Virus record (IMG/VR): IMGVR_UViG_3300021093_000075
Location: 1 to 61,926 of that record
Length of the DNA stretch: 61,926 bases
Strand: one strand, 5' to 3'
Source of the DNA: a virus
Lineage: Duplodnaviria > Caudoviricetes
Shown: piece after piece, positions 1-9,604 of the stretch
Layout of the letters: each line of letters opens with the position of its first letter
Numbering within the stretch: position 1 is the stretch's first letter
Notes under the pieces: generated by a model
What the model saw: only the letters and a program-made list of their open reading frames with translations
Database searches by the model: none
What the model was told of the DNA's origin: nothing
Program-made: the position numbers and the translations under genes

Positions 1-363
1 GTTCTTACAAAAACAGAAAACATTGTTTCTCAAAAAATAGTGGATTATTTGACCACAAACGTTATGGAACGAGTAATGAACCCAAGCTATGGCGCTAACA
101 CTTCAAAACTTTTGTTTGATAACTATGACTCTCTTGTATTTAGTGAATATAGAAACGAAGCACTGAATGGTCTTAAACAAAATGTTTCTGGGGCACAAAT
201 TCTTGATTTGAAATTAGTTGAAATAAAAAATGACACATTATCTCAATACGCAGAAAACACCGTAATGGTGGAAGTAACTTTCAGTTTGCCAGCGTTTGGT
301 GTTCGTACGGCTGTTGTTGAGATAGTAAACCCCGACGAGTTAGGTGAAGGATCAATCCTATGA
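1..363 (+). CDS. Baseplate wedge subunit, gp25/GPW-like (5' truncated)
   Basis: Frame open from base 1; ERVMNPSYG resembles the gp25 ER.M.P.YG motif; directly upstream of a baseplate J-like gene. Confidence 0.75.
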   Translation, partial: VLTKTENIVSQKIVDYLTTNVMERVMNPSYGANTSKLLFDNYDSLVFSEYRNEALNGLKQNVSGAQILDLKLVEIKNDTLSQYAENTVMVEVTFSLPAFGVRTAVVEIVNPDELGEGSIL

Positions 364-2162
364 CTTTAAGTTTTGACTACACAAACCGCGATTTTGCATC
401 GATCAAGGACGCACTGCTAGAACGTGCGACGTTAATTTTTCCAGAGTGGACAAGTCGGGATCAATCTGATTTTGGCATGCTGCTTGTCGACCTGTGGGCT
501 TACATGGGAGATGTTCTGCACTATTACGTTGATAGGGCTTCAAGGGAAGCATTCCTAGAAACAGCAACGCAACGAGACTCGTTGTTGTCTATTGCAAAAC
601 TTCTTGACTACATTCCAATTGGGCGTACCGCTGCGGTGTCGTCTATCAAATTAGATGCAACGTTGTCAGAGGCAACTGATGCTTCTCCAATCCTTATCCC
701 GGCAGGTACCCGTTTCTTGGCAACCCCACTGGTTGAGGGTGCTGAAAAAGTGGTGTTTACCCTTGATCGCGATACTGCTTTTAATGTCTCTGGAACACCT
801 GTAACTGGATACGACACATATCAAAAATCGTCTTTGATTACGGTTCCTGTTATAGAAGGAGAAATCTTTTCGGAATCATTTACAAGTAACGGATTGGCTA
901 CTCAAAAATTTACTCTTAATAAAACAGGCATTGTTCACAGTTCTATTCGCGTTGACGTGTTTGAGGGCGCAGGCGGAAACGCTATACGTTACGGAAATGT
1001 TGAACGGTTGGTTGAGTACTCAAGCACGTCACTTGTGTACTCTGTTGATCTAAACGCAAATGATTCATCTACCTTGAATTTTGGTAACGGTGTCCATGGA
1101 AAAGTGCCAACTAATAACGCGTTGATTAGTATTGTTTATCGACGAAGCCGCGGCTCGGCTGGAAACGTTGGTCCAAATGCAATTAAAGAATTTGAATCAC
1201 TCACCAATAACTTTGGCCCGTCATATGACGGTATTGTCATTACTCCAAACACCTCTCGAGCATTTGGTGGATCTGATTCAGAAAGTGCCGCATCGCTTAA
1301 AAATAACATTCCGGCTGCTTTCCGTTCTCAGGACAGGGCCGTATCTTTGCAGGATTACATTGACCTAGTTCTTCGTGTTCCAGGAATTGTAAAAGCTACC
1401 GCCAAGGTAAACGTTGGTAAAACGGCTAAACGTGGTGTTGTTACAAACAAAGTTTTATCTGCAAGCGTTGCTACGTTAACTACTAGCTCCGCACATGGCC
1501 TTTCGGTTGGTGACACCATCGCAATCTTTGGTGTTGGTGAACCATTTGATGGAACTTTTGTAGTTAAAACCGGATCTTCTGGATCATCGCTTCTTTATGA
1601 TGTTGCATCGGCAAACGTTTCTTCAGCAAGTGTTGCAGCTGGGACATACATGAATGCCCAAGTTGAAATTCTTGCACTTACACCACAAGATATTTACGAT
1701 GGAACTCTTGCTGAGGGGGCAACCACAAGCCCCTTACTGTTGAGCAGTTCATACCGTGACTCAATTTATGAGTATCTACGCCCAAGGGAAATGATTGGCG
1801 TTAACTCCGTAGTTCTCCCATCTATAAGCCTACAAAACGTAAAAGTTGAATGTGACGTTGCCATACTACCGGCGTACATCCAGGAAAAAGTAGTTGACGA
1901 TGTTCGACTGGCAATAAAAGATCTATTTACTTTTGATGCCGTTACGTTTAGTCAAAAAATTACCCTTGGTGAACTCTACCGAATAATTATGAATGTTTCT
2001 GGAGTTGACTATGTAAACATTACAAAGTTCACCACGGCAACTTCTGGTATTGACACAATTAGTTCTTCTCCAAGTGTCTACGGAGTCCAGGCTGAAAACA
2101 CCAAACTGCTTCTGCTTACCAACGTAATGATAAACGGTAGCGGAGGGATTACTGAAGCGTAA
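360..2162 (+). CDS. Baseplate J-like / T4 gp6-like wedge protein
   Basis: 600 aa; DYTNRDFASIK, FLETATQRDS, FGNGVHGKVP, GGSDSES and RAVSLQDY motifs typical of baseplate wedge proteins. Confidence 0.9.
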   Translation: MTLSFDYTNRDFASIKDALLERATLIFPEWTSRDQSDFGMLLVDLWAYMGDVLHYYVDRASREAFLETATQRDSLLSIAKLLDYIPIGRTAAVSSIKLDATLSEATDASPILIPAGTRFLATPLVEGAEKVVFTLDRDTAFNVSGTPVTGYDTYQKSSLITVPVIEGEIFSESFTSNGLATQKFTLNKTGIVHSSIRVDVFEGAGGNAIRYGNVERLVEYSSTSLVYSVDLNANDSSTLNFGNGVHGKVPTNNALISIVYRRSRGSAGNVGPNAIKEFESLTNNFGPSYDGIVITPNTSRAFGGSDSESAASLKNNIPAAFRSQDRAVSLQDYIDLVLRVPGIVKATAKVNVGKTAKRGVVTNKVLSASVATLTTSSAHGLSVGDTIAIFGVGEPFDGTFVVKTGSSGSSLLYDVASANVSSASVAAGTYMNAQVEILALTPQDIYDGTLAEGATTSPLLLSSSYRDSIYEYLRPREMIGVNSVVLPSISLQNVKVECDVAILPAYIQEKVVDDVRLAIKDLFTFDAVTFSQKITLGELYRIIMNVSGVDYVNITKFTTATSGIDTISSSPSVYGVQAENTKLLLLTNVMINGSGGITEA

Positions 2163-3799
2163 TGGCTGTCGTATCTTTTCGAGTCAGGAGAGCTGACCTT
2201 GTAGCAAGCCCGGATGCAAATGCATTCGGTTCTTACCTAAGAGCAGACGATACAACAGCGCCATCCGGATTTACTCGCGTTGACTCGGACTCGGCTCTTA
2301 GGGCCGACGGTTTTATTGTTCCTGTTCCAGAACTTGATGTTGAAGCTTTTATTATCGCTCAATCAGTTGACCATAATCGTGTTCGTTTATCTTGGTCACC
2401 TTTAAATATCGTCGACCCAGAAACAAATGCATCTGGCGTTACAAACATTCAAGGAATTGTTTTGGTGTATTCACCTACTGGGTCTCCTGAAACGGTTGCT
2501 GATGGGAAAATCATTAAAACTCAAAAGCATTTTGATAACACATACGCAGTTGATCACGTGGGTGTCGAATCGGGTAAATGGGCTTACTATTCTCTTTTCC
2601 TACATTGGAATCAAAACGGGACAGGCCCTAGTGGCGTTAGTTGGTACGAGCGAGTTGCCACAATACAAGAACTCGTTCCATTTGACTATAACTCAATTGA
2701 CTCTTTGTGGAGTCGAATTCCCTATTATCAACAACAATCTGATATTTATGGGCAAGCTGACGATCCTGAAAACTTAGGCCACGGTTTGTTGTATCGCTTT
2801 TTGTACATCTTTGGTTTTGAAATGGACAAAGAACGAACACTTATTGACTCTGTTATTAACCAATACGACCCTGACAAATGTGAATCAAATTCAATTAACT
2901 ACCTTGCAAAACAAATGGGTTTGGAATCTGGGGTTGACGAACTTGGTGTTTCTAAAATAAGACAAGTACTTAAAGACATTGGTTACTACCGGCAGAGAAA
3001 AGGTACACTACAGGCAGCGATTGCTTATTTGACAGCACTTAGCGGATGTGCAGTTGATGTTGTTGAATCAAACTCAACACCTCGATTTAAGTTTCGCGTG
3101 TACGCGGAAAAAGCAAACTTGATACCTGATTCATTATTTGTCATCACGTCCGCAACTAAAAAATGGGAATTTGCTTCTCAGAACGCATCAGTTTCGTATA
3201 CCACTGCTAGTGGTGGTCTTCTTGTAACAAATACAGGGTCATCGTCTGCTCAATTTTCCGTGCAATCACTACTGGGTGTTCCAGTTGATAACACAGTTAA
3301 TTACTGGATGTCATTAAACATGACAGCAAGTGCCGGTCAGTTTTGGGGATCTCAGTGGGTTAGTTCATCAGCAACATTTTCTGATTGGTCAACAACAAAA
3401 CTTAATGATCGAATTATTCCAGCGGCGTTGTCTCCAGAAAACCGTGCTGTCATGTTAATGCCAGAAACCACCTCTGCATCATCGGCATACCCGGTTGGTA
3501 TTTTTGGAATCGATGCTGGGGCAACCATGTTAGTTACTAAATGGATGGTTGAGCCAAGGGCCTACGGAATTTTCTTTAATGGTGCATCTGACTTCGGTGG
3601 ATTTATGTATCAAAACACTTTTTCAGATCACCAGTGGTCTGGAAGCAATTACGCATCATATTCCACATACACAACAAATCGTAAAAAAACCATTGATGCA
3701 ATCGAACGCGTGTTGCCAAAACTTCTTCCTGTCACTATGCTGATTGACACATCAATTGATTACGACATAGTCTACGATTGGATCCCAAACAAAACGTAA
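2162..3799 (+). CDS. Baseplate/tail protein (P2 gpI-like domain)
   Basis: 545 aa; LYRFLYIFG...YYRQRKGT segment resembles tail protein I; follows baseplate J with TAATG coupling. Confidence 0.7.
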   Translation: MAVVSFRVRRADLVASPDANAFGSYLRADDTTAPSGFTRVDSDSALRADGFIVPVPELDVEAFIIAQSVDHNRVRLSWSPLNIVDPETNASGVTNIQGIVLVYSPTGSPETVADGKIIKTQKHFDNTYAVDHVGVESGKWAYYSLFLHWNQNGTGPSGVSWYERVATIQELVPFDYNSIDSLWSRIPYYQQQSDIYGQADDPENLGHGLLYRFLYIFGFEMDKERTLIDSVINQYDPDKCESNSINYLAKQMGLESGVDELGVSKIRQVLKDIGYYRQRKGTLQAAIAYLTALSGCAVDVVESNSTPRFKFRVYAEKANLIPDSLFVITSATKKWEFASQNASVSYTTASGGLLVTNTGSSSAQFSVQSLLGVPVDNTVNYWMSLNMTASAGQFWGSQWVSSSATFSDWSTTKLNDRIIPAALSPENRAVMLMPETTSASSAYPVGIFGIDAGATMLVTKWMVEPRAYGIFFNGASDFGGFMYQNTFSDHQWSGSNYASYSTYTTNRKKTIDAIERVLPKLLPVTMLIDTSIDYDIVYDWIPNKT

Positions 3800-3808
3800 A
3801 GGAATAAC

Positions 3809-4063
3809 ATGGAATACATACTTGGAGCACTAGCCGTTTACAAACTCCTACAAGTGGTGGACTTACTTTTGCCCAGGGAGCCCATGACTTGGGTTAAGGT
3901 GGTCGCTGGAATAGTTGCCTCATATGCAATCTCGTTTTTGGTTGACATTGAGAACATGATTCTTGGTGGCCTTGTCATCTCCACACTTGCTGGTGCATGC
4001 CACGCCATCCTTCGATGTCTAACCTTGATGGGTGACATGGCCTTTCGTAAATCACTTAAATAG
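3809..4063 (+). CDS. Small membrane protein, possible holin
   Basis: 84 aa, 2-3 hydrophobic segments, basic C-terminus, AAGGA RBS. Confidence 0.45.
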   Translation: MEYILGALAVYKLLQVVDLLLPREPMTWVKVVAGIVASYAISFLVDIENMILGGLVISTLAGACHAILRCLTLMGDMAFRKSLK

Positions 4064-4072
4064 GAGAACAAC

Positions 4073-4723
4073 ATGGAACAAGAACGCATTTGCTTAATTG
4101 CCGGTAAGGGTACAGCAGGAGAAACGGTAATCCAGGCTGGACTAAATGACTTGAGAGATAATTCCCACATTGTCTATCTTTGGGATGGTAAGGCTTCCGA
4201 TGGTCAGGCACATGTGCTTGATTGGTTGATTACGTTTAAAGAGGGCCAGTTCACGGTTATCCACGACGGAACCACCAAGGTCCATCCAGTAGTCAAGGAG
4301 GCGGCTGGAGAAATACTCAAAGTTGATCATTTGATGGCTGATTTTTTTAACTTGTATCCAAAGTACACAACCCTGGTTTTGTGGGATGACGTTGATGGTG
4401 TCCCAACGGCTCTCACAACTGAGATTTGCATGTCATCACTTAGCCGTGGTATGCAGACAGTTGACCTCTGCAATGGGTTGGTTCCGTTGTACCTAGACCA
4501 GCCAGAGACTGGCTTGGCACCAGAGGCCTCTGGGAAGCCCCAGGATGCGACAAAAACTGCTACCCCTAGGGAGACAGCCCCCCAAGCTAAACCGCCTCTT
4601 AAAACGCTTCCTAATGCGTCTGACATGGTGTTTGTACTGGCATACGTAAACGACCACGGGGTACTTGAGTCATTCACTGGTTCAAGAGATCAAATCGTTA
4701 GGTTTGTCAACGCTTTGTCCTAA
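4073..4723 (+). CDS. Hypothetical protein
   Basis: 216 aa ORF with AGGAG RBS. Confidence 0.7.
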   Translation: MEQERICLIAGKGTAGETVIQAGLNDLRDNSHIVYLWDGKASDGQAHVLDWLITFKEGQFTVIHDGTTKVHPVVKEAAGEILKVDHLMADFFNLYPKYTTLVLWDDVDGVPTALTTEICMSSLSRGMQTVDLCNGLVPLYLDQPETGLAPEASGKPQDATKTATPRETAPQAKPPLKTLPNASDMVFVLAYVNDHGVLESFTGSRDQIVRFVNALS

Positions 4724-4727
4724 CCAT

Positions 4728-4786
4728 CTGTGGGGGGGGCCGGGGTCAAGAAGGAAGGAAAACCCCCCGGCCACAAACCCCCACAG
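4728..4786 (+). terminator. GC-rich stem-loop after the structural operon
   Basis: CTGTGGGG/CCCCACAG and GCCGGGG/CCCCGGC nested inverted repeats right after the stop at 4723. Confidence 0.45.
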
Positions 4787-4880
4787 GACCGCAGTTGTAT
4801 TCCCGAAGGCCAGCTGCGGATTCAGGTGTATAACTTACCCTTGGGATACATAATAGCACCACAAAAGAAAGGAAGCAACC

Positions 4881-5420
4881 ATGGCAGGAAGCAAGTTTGG
4901 AGGACCGTTTATACCAGTCCCAAAGTGGGTAATGAACTACATCAAGGGCGATTCTGTATCGCTCCACGTGCTGGTTACAGCCCTAGAGTATTTAAACAAC
5001 GAAACGCAAGAACTAACCACCTCGTATGAGCATCTGGCAGAAAAGACTGGGTATAGCCGACGCACAGTCATTAGGGCAATGGCAAGACTTCACGAAGTTG
5101 GGGTGATTGAGCTCAACCACCGACACGGCAAAGGTGGTCGGCAGTTGACCAACAAGTACATGATCGACTTCAACAATCCAATGGCTCGAATTAGGGGTGT
5201 CGCGTCAGACACCCTCCCCGAGAGCAGTGTCACACCTGACACCCCCCCAGTGCCACGCCAGACACCCCTTGGGGGTGTCACTGGTGACACCCAATCAAGA
5301 AAGACTAATCTAAACCAAGACAAGACCCGGGGGCGGAGGTCTAATGGTGTACTAGATTTGTTTAACACTGATCCCAAGTGGAGACAGCAACTTAAGCCAG
5401 ATCCCAAAACGGAGGAATGA
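4881..5420 (+). CDS. Helix-turn-helix replication initiator
   Basis: wHTH (SYEHLAEKTGYSRRTVIRAMARLHEVG); internal DNA repeats; DnaC/DnaB genes downstream. Confidence 0.75.
   Translation: MAGSKFGGPFIPVPKWVMNYIKGDSVSLHVLVTALEYLNNETQELTTSYEHLAEKTGYSRRTVIRAMARLHEVGVIELNHRHGKGGRQLTNKYMIDFNNPMARIRGVASDTLPESSVTPDTPPVPRQTPLGGVTGDTQSRKTNLNQDKTRGRRSNGVLDLFNTDPKWRQQLKPDPKTEE
5197..5290. repeat. Four palindromic iterons GTG(T/C)C-N6-GACAC, candidate replication origin
   Basis: gtgtcgcgtcagacac 5197, gtgtcacacctgacac 5227, gtgccacgccagacac 5250, gtgtcactggtgacac 5275. Confidence 0.75.
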
Positions 5421-5421
5421 T

Positions 5422-5979
5422 ATGTACCCAACCGCCTGTGTTTTGTGTGAAGCCAAAATTGAGGAAAATGATTTTTCTTGGTACCCCGAAGATGGCGACG
5501 GTCCGATCTGCGAAAGTTGTTACAGCGCCGACCTAGACAACTGCGAAACAATTTTTATTGTTGACGGTGAAGAGGTCTCAACGTATTACATTGCTAACTT
5601 TGTTCAATTGGATGAGTACGGCGATTCTCCGATTATGTGGCGAAAAAAACCTCTCAAAGTAAGAGCACAATGGGTTTCTACCAGCATGTGGCGCGGGTAC
5701 ATGGACATCACACTTCCTGGATGGACGTGCGTAGTAGACGGGTGGACAACCGGTGGATACGACGATGAAATTGGTAGACGCAAGAATGTGTTTAATCAAT
5801 GGGCCACCGATCTACTTGAACATCGAGTGCAGTACTCAACACCCATTGCGTTGGTAAATGCACACACTAGTAATCTTTTTTCAATGGCAATATCGATCAT
5901 GGTTCAAGATGAGGACGTGGAAACATTTAAAGAAGAGCTTGCAGAAATGCATGAAGCACTCCATGAATCGTTGACATGA
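5422..5979 (+). CDS. Hypothetical protein with N-terminal CxxC..CxxC zinc finger
   Basis: 185 aa, GGAGG RBS. Confidence 0.7.
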   Translation: MYPTACVLCEAKIEENDFSWYPEDGDGPICESCYSADLDNCETIFIVDGEEVSTYYIANFVQLDEYGDSPIMWRKKPLKVRAQWVSTSMWRGYMDITLPGWTCVVDGWTTGGYDDEIGRRKNVFNQWATDLLEHRVQYSTPIALVNAHTSNLFSMAISIMVQDEDVETFKEELAEMHEALHESLT

Positions 5980-6380
5980 TTTCTGATTCATGGGGTAAGG
6001 CGCTAGGTGAAGACGATGAAGAAAAAGTTGTTGTTCAACCAAAAAAGAAAACGTCGTTAAAGTCACTTGTTTATTATTTTAAAGACACCGTAATTCCAAC
6101 AACGATGACGTTGTCAGCTCCAGTAAACGGCGTGGCTTTAATGAAGGCATTTAAGAATTTACGACAACGTGGAATATCCAACGATGAAATTGTTTTGATG
6201 ATTGATCAGTTTGCACACGACATCAAACAGGCTCCCCTACCAACCGCTATTCCGGCGTGGCGGGGCTTTGTTTCTCGATTAGATTCTTTGTATGAAAAAA
6301 TAAAAATTGGATCGAATACCTACACCTACGAGTCGTATACTGTTGACAAGCGCTTCAAAAAAGGAAATAAAAATGGCTGA
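5976..6380 (+). CDS. Hypothetical protein
   Basis: 134 aa; ATGA overlap with the upstream gene. Confidence 0.7.
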   Translation: MISDSWGKALGEDDEEKVVVQPKKKTSLKSLVYYFKDTVIPTTMTLSAPVNGVALMKAFKNLRQRGISNDEIVLMIDQFAHDIKQAPLPTAIPAWRGFVSRLDSLYEKIKIGSNTYTYESYTVDKRFKKGNKNG

Positions 6381-7020
6381 GCTTAAGAGTCAAAAATACT
6401 GGAGAAAGAGACCCCTAGAGGAACGACTCCATAACACAAAGATCCCTAAAAAATATCTGGCCGCAACCCTTGATAACTATGATGAAGAACACGGAAGTCA
6501 AGATGTTGTTTTATACGCACGGCACTGGGTAAACAACGTTGAACAGAACTTAAACGAAGGCACTGGGTTGTATTTGTTTGGCGGAACCGGAAGTGGTAAA
6601 ACCCACATTGCTACGTCTATTTTGAAACGAGCAGTTGCCACAACAGAAACATGTGGGTATTTCATTACAGCAGAACAATATCTTGATGTTTCCTATTCAG
6701 CCTTAGATGACGAACGATACGACGATGAATCATCTGATGCAGATACGGTTCATTACATTGACAATGTTTACGATCTGCTGGTTCTTGATGGGTTAGGTAC
6801 TGAACGAAGACAAACAGAATTTGCAAAGAAGTCGCTTACATCTATGTTAAGTAAACGATATGAGAATCAGTTACCAACAATCATCACAACAGACATCCCC
6901 ATGAAAAAGCTTGCTCAAATTTATGGGAACAGACTTTCGTCAATTATCACCGACTGTTGTTTGTTCATTCCATTTCTTGGTGGCGATTACCGACTATGGA
7001 GAGCCAGTGGAGAGGGGTGA
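6373..7020 (+). CDS. dnaC: DnaC/IstB-like AAA+ ATPase (helicase loader)
   Basis: Walker A GGTGSGKT, LLVLDGLG, RYENQLPTIITT, GGDYR; start placed at ATG 6373 after AAGGA. Confidence 0.88.
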   Translation: MAELKSQKYWRKRPLEERLHNTKIPKKYLAATLDNYDEEHGSQDVVLYARHWVNNVEQNLNEGTGLYLFGGTGSGKTHIATSILKRAVATTETCGYFITAEQYLDVSYSALDDERYDDESSDADTVHYIDNVYDLLVLDGLGTERRQTEFAKKSLTSMLSKRYENQLPTIITTDIPMKKLAQIYGNRLSSIITDCCLFIPFLGGDYRLWRASGEG

Positions 7021-7447
7021 CATTTCCGCATACGCCCCACCGGGACTCGCCGTACTTTTTGAAGGGGTACTGGCCTCACCACCCGATACACTAGGTAAGG
7101 TCATTGCGAACATCCGCCTACGAGCTAACGATTATGATGCATACCTCACCTATTGGAAAGCACATGAGATTCCATTAAAACACGTAATTGACACCATTAA
7201 TCGAAAACAAATTGGCGTAGTTGTATACACACTTCTTCCGGTTGAAGTTGCCGAAGCAATTGACCGGTGGTTGATTAAGCGCAACATCTCTACTACTGTG
7301 GTCCCCTACGCTGACATAGATGATTTGACAGAGACCTCAAAGTTTTTTCCAGAAATTAAAACCATCTACGTCGCAGACCAAGAATACGCAAGAAGGATTG
7401 GCATGAAGGCAACTGTAGTTACTCCTGAAACAAGTTGGAACTTGTAA
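7007..7447 (+). CDS. Hypothetical protein, possible degenerate HAD fold
   Basis: GTG start after GGAG; coupled to dnaB. Confidence 0.6.
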   Translation: MERGDISAYAPPGLAVLFEGVLASPPDTLGKVIANIRLRANDYDAYLTYWKAHEIPLKHVIDTINRKQIGVVVYTLLPVEVAEAIDRWLIKRNISTTVVPYADIDDLTETSKFFPEIKTIYVADQEYARRIGMKATVVTPETSWNL

Positions 7448-8709
7448 TGGCTAGTGCAGAACACCTTCTTATCAGCAAGGTCATTCAAGACCAGAACATC
7501 ACCCATCCACTGAAGCTTGGTGTCAAGAACATTCACTTCACTCAAACATGGGGACAGGTTTGGGAATGGGTTCTGATCTACTGGAGAGAACACAACTCGG
7601 TTCCAACTGCTCGAGCAGTCAAGCAACAGTTTGGCGACATTACGCTTGTTGACGCTTCTAAAGAGCCGTTTAGTGGGTTGATTGAAGAGGTTTACAAAGC
7701 GTATAAACACAGGAGTTTGCTAGAAGCAGTCGCAGAAGCAATGCCAGCGCTGGAACAAAGCGCCGTTGATGCGGCCCTAACCCTGCTGACTAGAGGCGTA
7801 AACAAAGCCACTACTGACACCACCAGGCTTCGAGATGTAAACCTTATTGAGACATGGGAACAACGTGTTGAGAAATACATTGAGTTGCAAAAAACACCCA
7901 ACGGACTTCGTGGAATTCCCACCGGGCTACTTGGTCTTGACCGCATTACCTCTGGACTCCGACCACAGCAGTTGATTACCTTTGTTGGTGAAGCAAAGCG
8001 TGGTAAATCGCTTATGACGCTGTACATGGCAAACGCCGCCCACCTACACGGTAAGACACCACTGTTTGTTTCCTTTGAAATGTCAGCAGATGAACAAGCT
8101 GCTCGATACGACGCAATTGTTGCTGGTGTTCCCTACAGCAACATCTTGCGTGGATCTATGAGCGAACAGGAACTTGAAAAGGTTTCAAATACGTTACGCA
8201 TGCGCAAGAACATGCACCCATTCATCATCACTGAAGACACGTCTTCTCTTACAACAGTCGGTGCACTGGCCGCAAAAATTAAAGAATACAAACCGGACAT
8301 TTTGTTTGTTGACGGTGTGTATTTGATGGATGACGAAAACGGAGAGCCAAAGGGTTCTCCACAAGCCCTGACCAACATCACTCGTGCATTAAAGCGTGTG
8401 GCACAGAATGAAGACATCCCCATTGTCGGAACCACCCAGGTTCTGTCATGGAAACTAAATAACAGAAAATCTAGAAAGATTACGTCTGATGCAATCGGTT
8501 ACACGTCTTCGTTTGCCCAAGACTCAGACCTAGTGCTTGGTGTTGAAGCCGACCCAGATATTGAAGATCAAGCCATTATTCGCGTAGTACTTGCTCGCTC
8601 GGCTCCTCTTGGGGAAATCAAGATTAACTGGGATTGGGCAAATATGAATTTCACCGAAGTAGGAGACGATACCGATGATGACAATGACACCGACAACTGG
8701 TACTACTGA
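7447..8709 (+). CDS. dnaB: DnaB-like replicative helicase
   Basis: GIPTGLLGLD, GEAKRGKS, SFEMS, LFVDGVYLM, AQDSDLVL motifs. Confidence 0.93.
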   Translation: MASAEHLLISKVIQDQNITHPLKLGVKNIHFTQTWGQVWEWVLIYWREHNSVPTARAVKQQFGDITLVDASKEPFSGLIEEVYKAYKHRSLLEAVAEAMPALEQSAVDAALTLLTRGVNKATTDTTRLRDVNLIETWEQRVEKYIELQKTPNGLRGIPTGLLGLDRITSGLRPQQLITFVGEAKRGKSLMTLYMANAAHLHGKTPLFVSFEMSADEQAARYDAIVAGVPYSNILRGSMSEQELEKVSNTLRMRKNMHPFIITEDTSSLTTVGALAAKIKEYKPDILFVDGVYLMDDENGEPKGSPQALTNITRALKRVAQNEDIPIVGTTQVLSWKLNNRKSRKITSDAIGYTSSFAQDSDLVLGVEADPDIEDQAIIRVVLARSAPLGEIKINWDWANMNFTEVGDDTDDDNDTDNWYY

Positions 8710-9604
8710 TCTTGCTGACGTTCTGCGTCGATTAGGCGTTGACGTTATTAGGGCAGGAGAAAAAGAAATATCTGCTCGATGCCCAGTCCACTTTAAGCGC
8801 ACTGGCAAGGAGGATAAGTCTCCGTCGTGGTCGATGAACGGCAATACCGGCTTGTGGATTTGTTACTCATGTGGAGCACGGGGAACTCTTTCACAACTTG
8901 TTTCTGAAATCACCGGGGAAACAGACTCCATCGTTGCGATTCATAAGTTTTTGATTACTAACAGTCTTAATCGGATATCAACTCCAAAGGTAGAAGAGAA
9001 AGCTGTACCCATTGATTGGTTTACGTTTAGCAAGTTTTCCGTACCATCAGATGCTCGACTACAGGAAAAGAACCTTGATAGGGAAGCAGTGCGTCGTTAC
9101 GGTATCCGGTGGGACACATCAACACAGTCATGGATCATTCCAATTGTTGCACCCACAGGAGAATTAATGGGTTGGCAATCTAAATCAAAGTCTCGAGTCC
9201 TTAACTATCCCACCGGCGTTTCTAAATCAAAAACTCTGTTTGGTCTTGACTCCATCAACTCAGGTACTTGTGTGTTGGTTGAGTCCCCTCTTGATGTGGT
9301 CAGGCTAAGCACAGTTATGGATGGGGTCTGTGGTCTTGCATCCTTTGGCGCACATATCAGCAAAAGCCAAATTGCCCTGCTTTCACTATATGTAAACAAG
9401 TTAGTTGTGGCCCTAGACAATGACGAAGCTGGCATTAACGCGGCAAAGAAATTAAAGCTTTCTCTCCCATCCTTTAAAAACCCTGTTACATGGTTAAGGT
9501 ATCGTCATACGTCTGTTAAGGATCTTGGTGACATGACGGACTCTGAGATCTACGAAGCAGTTACCGGTGCGTCAGTACTACCATGGTGGATCCCCAGTGT
9601 TTAA
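8675..9604 (+). CDS. dnaG: DNA primase (CHC2 zinc finger + TOPRIM)
   Basis: CPVH...CYSC zinc finger; LVESPLD and ALDNDEAG...KDLGD TOPRIM motifs. Confidence 0.92.
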   Translation: MMTMTPTTGTTDLADVLRRLGVDVIRAGEKEISARCPVHFKRTGKEDKSPSWSMNGNTGLWICYSCGARGTLSQLVSEITGETDSIVAIHKFLITNSLNRISTPKVEEKAVPIDWFTFSKFSVPSDARLQEKNLDREAVRRYGIRWDTSTQSWIIPIVAPTGELMGWQSKSKSRVLNYPTGVSKSKTLFGLDSINSGTCVLVESPLDVVRLSTVMDGVCGLASFGAHISKSQIALLSLYVNKLVVALDNDEAGINAAKKLKLSLPSFKNPVTWLRYRHTSVKDLGDMTDSEIYEAVTGASVLPWWIPSV

